A stretch of DNA of 11,206 nt from Azolla caroliniana (lineage: Eukaryota; Plantae; Polypodiophyta): positions 1-11,206 of the forward strand of contig JBHGNT010001180.1 of NCBI GenBank assembly GCA_043228905.1, written 5' to 3'. Below, in pieces: positions 6,812 through 11,206 of this stretch. The notes beneath the pieces were generated by a model, which saw only the letters and a program-made list of their open reading frames with translations, was not told the origin of the DNA and searched no databases. Within the stretch, counting starts at the first letter, position 1. Each line of letters starts with the position of its first letter. A program made the position numbers and the translations under genes.

Positions 6812-8374
6812 CTGCAAGAAATTTAGAAATTTAGAAAAACATTAGCACGTGCTTATCTTTCATTTCCTGTTTCATGAAACATACAACAGGACTTACCAAG
6901 ATTTCATCATCAAGATAGGAAATCAATAACTGTCTCTCAAAGGTTCCCACTGTAATGTCAAACATAAACAAAACTGTCAACATCGAGAAGTGACAATATG
7001 CTAAACTCAATGCAAGATTAATGTATGCAAATGCGGTAGCATTCTGATATTACTGTCAACAGAGTTTTCCCACAAAGAATGGACAAAAAAGGAAAAACTA
7101 AATGCACCTTGCAAACAAGCATTGGCAAACACACCCATTGCCTTCTAGAACGAGTGCCTTTATACTATGATCTACATTTTTCTATCCGATTTCTTCAAAA
7201 TGATGCTTGTGAAGTGATGGAGTCTATCAGCATTGAATTGGATGAATGTTAATCCCTTATTCTTCCTGCATTCTTTCCTTTGCTGATTATGAACTTTCAA
7301 GGAAAACACTACACGGACATCCCTGGAACCAAGTAATTGTGCAAAAGTGTTGGGTTCATCGTGCAACATATTGTGCTACTCATAACCACAAACTGCCCAT
7401 CACATTCTAATTAGGCTCATAACCCTTGTAAATACATTCTGATTCTAATTCGGTTACAGTACACACTTAGTTGACAAGAACCCAAAAAAAAAGGTATCAA
7501 TTATTAGGCAAAATCACAAGATATCATAATGTCAAAGAGCTCACCTAAAGGAATCTTTACTCCATTTGACAGTGCATCCATTAGATTGGTTGGAAGCTGT
7601 TGCAATGTACTAGCAATTTGTCCGTATGCACTTTGAACTTGCGGTGGAACTGCAGCCTCCTGAATGGTTGGATAAGCGAGTAATCCTTCAATGTATTCTT
7701 CTTTTAATCTCAGAGGCCCTTCCACAGTAAGTTTACTTGTCAAGACCACATTACTTGTTATCTGGAAAAAACAAATCAACATTTTGCTCAAAATAACAAA
7801 TTGCTGGTTATTCGGAAAAAAGAACATTTCAATGTTTCACTCAAAATAAACATATTGCTTGTTATCTGGGGAAAAAATAACAAATCAACATCTCATTCAA
7901 AAGAACCACATTGCTTGTTATCTGAAAAAAACAAATTAACACGTTCAAATTGCTCCTAATTAGTATAGCAGTATTTTGGAGGCATTCCTATTTATTCTTC
8001 GTCTGAAAAAAACCCTGGGATTCCCTAGTCTTAGCTACCAAAAGAATATCAGAGTAAGGAACCCCAGGGATAAGTGACAATCCTGAAACTAAAATCTTTA
8101 CATAGCTTGTGATCATACTGTATTAAATAGCTTTAAGGTCGCCGTAGCTTTGGCAGATCCGTCCACAATAAGAATGTTTAGCTCGGATAGGGTAGCTAAT
8201 GCAGATGGAAACCTCCTATAGAAGGAAAATAGTGTTAGTTCATGCCTGCAGAAAGGACACCACAAAATAGAAACTGTCTTTTGATCATACTGTAACAGGA
8301 CTCTTGCAGCGAACTGCCCTGGACTTCCTGCACCAATCCATTTGAATTGCCAAAGACCTTCCAGAAAGGGTGAC
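6716..8374 (-). CDS. FBN7: Plastid lipid-associated protein / fibrillin FBN7-like (PGL34/PAP13 type), 3' five coding exons: join(8374-8291, 8215-8119, 7761-7545, 6949-6897, 6811-6716); 5' exons outside the window
   Basis: Manual splicing at GT-AG sites gives one open frame (547 nt, phases consistent): SPFLEGLWQFKWIGAGSPGQFAARVLLQ-RFPSALATLSELNILIVDGSAKATATLKLFNT-ITSNVVLTSKLTVEGPLRLKEEYIEG...GVKIPL-VGTFERQLLISYLDDEIL-IARDGSGVPEVL...EYVS*. This parallels Arabidopsis FBN7a/7b as I recall it (SPYLEGRW, RFPS, KLTIEGPLRMKEEY, ISYLDDEILIVRD.GVPEVL, terminal EYxS). Confidence 0.9.
6897..6949 (-). CDS. FBN7: FBN7-like exon, 53 nt (VGTFERQLLISYLDDEIL)
   Basis: Acceptor attacAG (6951-6950), donor GTAAGT at 6896; fibrillin YLD motif. 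Confidence 0.9.
7545..7761 (-). CDS. FBN7: FBN7-like exon, 217 nt (ITSNVVLTSKLTVEGPLRLKEEY...GVKIPL)
   Basis: Acceptor ttttttccAG (7763-7762), donor GTGAGC at 7544; core of track ORF 7504..7827. Confidence 0.92.
7745..7945 (-). repeat. Degenerate ~50-56-bp tandem repeat (about 4 copies) spanning the intron/exon junction of the 217-nt FBN7 exon
   Basis: + strand unit CAYATTRCTTGTTATCTGG(A)nCAAATCAACA..CAAAA at about 7747, 7797 (more diverged), 7851 and 7907. Confidence 0.85.
8119..8215 (-). CDS. FBN7: FBN7-like exon, 97 nt (RFPSALATLSELNILIVDGSAKATATLKLFNT)
   Basis: Acceptor ttctatAG (8217-8216), donor GTATGA at 8118; follows a 75-nt intron; in phase with neighbours. Confidence 0.88.
8291..8374 (-). 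CDS. FBN7: FBN7-like exon, 84 nt (SPFLEGLWQFKWIGAGSPGQFAARVLL)
   Basis: Acceptor ttttgtttccAG (8376-8375), donor GTATGA at 8290; fibrillin LEGxW motif. Confidence 0.88.
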
Positions 8375-8689
8375 CTGGAAACAAAAAAATCATTTTCATT
8401 ACCACTTTTGCAACAAAATATTCTTCCTTCCTGTTAGAATGCAAATGGGAAAAATCCAGCTTCATTAGAAATTTGTTTCAGATTTACGGCCTGTATAAAA
8501 TTTAAATGTACACCGATTCTTTTATGCTACTGCTCTATTAAAAACACCTGAAAACTGCTTCTATTAATATAACTTAGGTTTGGACAGCAATTTCCTAAGC
8601 ATGAGGAAGATACTTTTAACTTCCTTTAAACAGGTTAAGAATAAATCAAGCAGAAACAGTTGTCTCTAGATTCATAACTACTAGATCAC

Positions 8690-11000
8690 AATGATGACCA
8701 TGTGTGGCTTTCTTTTGTTTAGTTTTAAGTCTTTTCAAGGGAAAGCTTGACCTCATTACAATCTTCCCCAGCATTTTGGACGCATTTGTCTGTCTCAAAA
8801 ATCTTGTTCTTTATATGCAAGACAAGAGTCAATTTCTTCCCTCCTTCTGGGATGATAAGAATGGTCACGACCTCAGCAACCTCATCCACAAACATCAGAA
8901 CCTAAACATAAATACACTATAATTGCCTGTCATAGGATCCATAGTATCTATTGAATTATGATGAGATACAATAATGGCAGTTTTATGCATTTGTAAAAAA
9001 AAGGTCTCATATGTTGCTTTGGCCTAGCATAGACAATAATAATGCTTCCATTTACTTCTCAAAAAAGAGCTTCATGTTGACAAATGCACAGTATTAATAT
9101 AAGCATATTCAAAAAAAGGTAAATAGTATTCCAAATTTGCTCGAAGCTCTAAAAGTTAGCATTTAGGCAAATCTAAGGTAGTAGAATTGGCTTCTTTTAA
9201 ACGTCCATTCATTTGTGGATGAAAAAGAAGATTAGTATTGTAGTTCTCTCAAACAAAACTCTCCAAAATAAACTTGTAATCCTTGGGTTCCATTCACTAA
9301 CTACATAGACAAAGGCATATCATGGTAGTTCAAGATATTATGCATAAATATTTTGACCATGTGTTCTCTTCTTCCTTAATATATCTTTCTTTCTTTTTTT
9401 CTTTCTTACAGGAATAAAATGGACATGTTTACTAATCCCATCATTTCATGTTTGTGATCTCCAAAGACAAGCAGCAAAGTCCATAACTATACTTTTCCAT
9501 GGTCTATCTGAGACTGGCAAAGACTGCAACAACTCCAACTCCAATGCTATTTGCCTGTCAATTTAAGTATTGACAATTTTTGCATGTTCTTACAAGCGTT
9601 CATGCATCTCATATCATAAAGTTGGTTAATAAAAAGAAGGCCTCAACCGCTTTCACTGTGGCGTCAAACAATGACCACATACAGTGGATCATGACTTTCA
9701 ACTAAAACTTTAGGCTTTGATGGATGTGTCACACAAAATTTGTCGCCCATCGTAACAAACCCATCTCCAAGTTTCTAATGCTCATGATGCTGCTCATTAT
9801 CTCACTGATCATATATCCTACAGAAATCGCCATTCTCAGCATATTTTTCCTTCATTTCATCTAAATCATGAGGGTAGGAATAGACACTGCTGGCACATGT
9901 TTTTCATTATAATGCATCAGCTACTACATTCTTTGCTTTCTTCATGCACAATATGAAAATGGAACATGAATACGAAAGGTGCCCCATAGCAGCTTTAATG
10001 ATCCGTTTGCACAATAAAAGCAACACCTAGGAGATGGCATTTCCAACTAGAAAGCGTGAATTACAGCGAAAACCTCTTTCTGATAAACCTGGTAAGCCTT
10101 CTTTGGTCATGACAAGGCTCTCATCTCATATGCTAATACCTGACCATTTTGCATGAAAACTGCCCAGTTATTCCCACATGAATCATATTGACCCACAAAG
10201 TATTTTCAAGATTCTGTAAGAGAAGCCATTTTTCTCTTCCACGAGTTTGAAAGCTGTAATTTCCCCATGAGCCCACGTAAAGTATTACCATCTTTTTTAA
10301 TTCTATGTAAAGCAAAGCAATTTAAGAACATAGACCTAATCAACTGTGAGCATCATGAACAATATTCAAATTTGTCCATGAACCAATTTGCTTCTACTTT
10401 GCTAGGATCCAATTGCACCATTATTTGGAAACAATGCATACACAGTAATGTATCTATTCCAAGAAGAAGTCGACTTGGGTAAAAGAATGCTTCAGGTAAC
10501 AATTTTCTCACTACTTCTTTGATCTTTTATTGAAACACTTTCTCCACGGAAAGAAAGTTGGGTTCCATTTCCTTCAGTGATATGAGTTCCAATATCTTGT
10601 TTTGCTGAATAGGTCTCTGGCTTTTGTGCCTTGCAAACTCCTTTTCTAAGATGGACGGAACATCCATGTACTCCACAAATTTTGTGGTTCCATATCAGCT
10701 CCTGAAATGTATTTACAGAATTTGAGAATTGTATCCAGCACAGTTCATCCTTCCTCGATGGTTGCAATGCACTCGCCTTCTTCATAGAAACACCACCAGA
10801 AACATGACACTTGTTGAGATTTTGTTATTACAAGAGGAAACTTCTTCCATAACATTTTCTCTCCACTCGGCCATTGGCTGCATCTTCTTTTTGTTACTTT
10901 CATGCACAACTAGGAAAACATCACTTTTTGAAGGAAACATGTCAAAGCCACTCAATGGAACCATGAAACGGGTCAGAGGAACTTCAAAGGGCAGGCAAAC
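8690..11000 (-). mobile_element. Decayed Ty3/gypsy LTR retrotransposon pol remnant (RNase H, integrase) inside the upstream FBN7 intron
   Basis: - strand fragments: DPSKVEA (about 10400); RNase H FVGQYDSCGNNWAVFMQNGQVLAYEMRAL..YQVYQKEVFAVIHA and WKCHLLGVAFIVQTDH (10200-9995); integrase ESHDPLY (about 9690), LLQSLPVSDRPWKSIVMDF (about 9530-9475), SKHVHFIP, PRITSLFW, FHPQMNG, LPFFEYAYINTVH. RNaseH-then-integrase order indicates gypsy. Many stops; no LTRs identified; ends approximate and the 10700-11000 part is weakly supported. Confidence 0.88.
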
Positions 11001-11206
11001 ACCAGGAGAGCCACTGATAGAGCTAAACTTTCACTACTGGAGAAGTCTGATATAAATAAAGAAACATCTCAAGTTTTTGGACTTATTGAGACTTAATAAA
11101 GAAGTTGGCATTTTGTTGGCCCAAAATACTCGCTCTCCCTCCTGTATTTCCTTATCAACTAAAGGATACAAGAAATGAACATCTAATAAGAATAGATGCC
11201 TAGTGT

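Noticed and set aside
7745-7945. Regularly spaced ~53-bp repeats considered as CRISPR-like
   Set aside because: Units are degenerate tandem copies without unique spacers; no cas genes; eukaryotic intron.
1003-8374. Dioxygenase plus fibrillin as a functional pigment gene cluster
   Set aside because: Adjacency only; the dioxygenase has no evident plastid transit peptide and no other pathway genes are in the window.
10133-11055. ORFs 10133..10315, 10267..10482, 10492..10785, 10729..11055, 10782..10964 as genes or upstream FBN7 exons
   Set aside because: No fibrillin motifs; they lie in or beside the decayed gypsy element and are best explained as its fragments or chance frames.

Overview
Eukaryotic, AT-rich, TE-rich land-plant genomic DNA; the TE remnants and long TE-filled intron look fern-like, but that host call is inference. 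The window holds two convergent genes. (1) An intronless, GC/CpG-rich + strand CDS (ATG 1003-1464, 153 aa) encodes a DOPA 4,5-dioxygenase-family protein of the fungal/bacterial Amanita DodA type (Pfam DOPA_dioxygen), not the LigB-type DODA of plants. It is flanked by microsatellites and is a strong horizontal-gene-transfer candidate. (2) On the - strand are the last five coding exons (8374-6716) of a native plant plastoglobule fibrillin, FBN7-like, with clean GT-AG introns; its 5' exons lie beyond the window. Between the genes are a decayed LINE (about 2377-4870, RT core deleted) and a 419-bp hAT-type MITE with an 8-bp TSD (5950-6368). A decayed Ty3/gypsy pol remnant (about 8690-11000) fills the upstream fibrillin intron. 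One fibrillin intron carries tandem copies of its own 3' splice site plus a hairpin.
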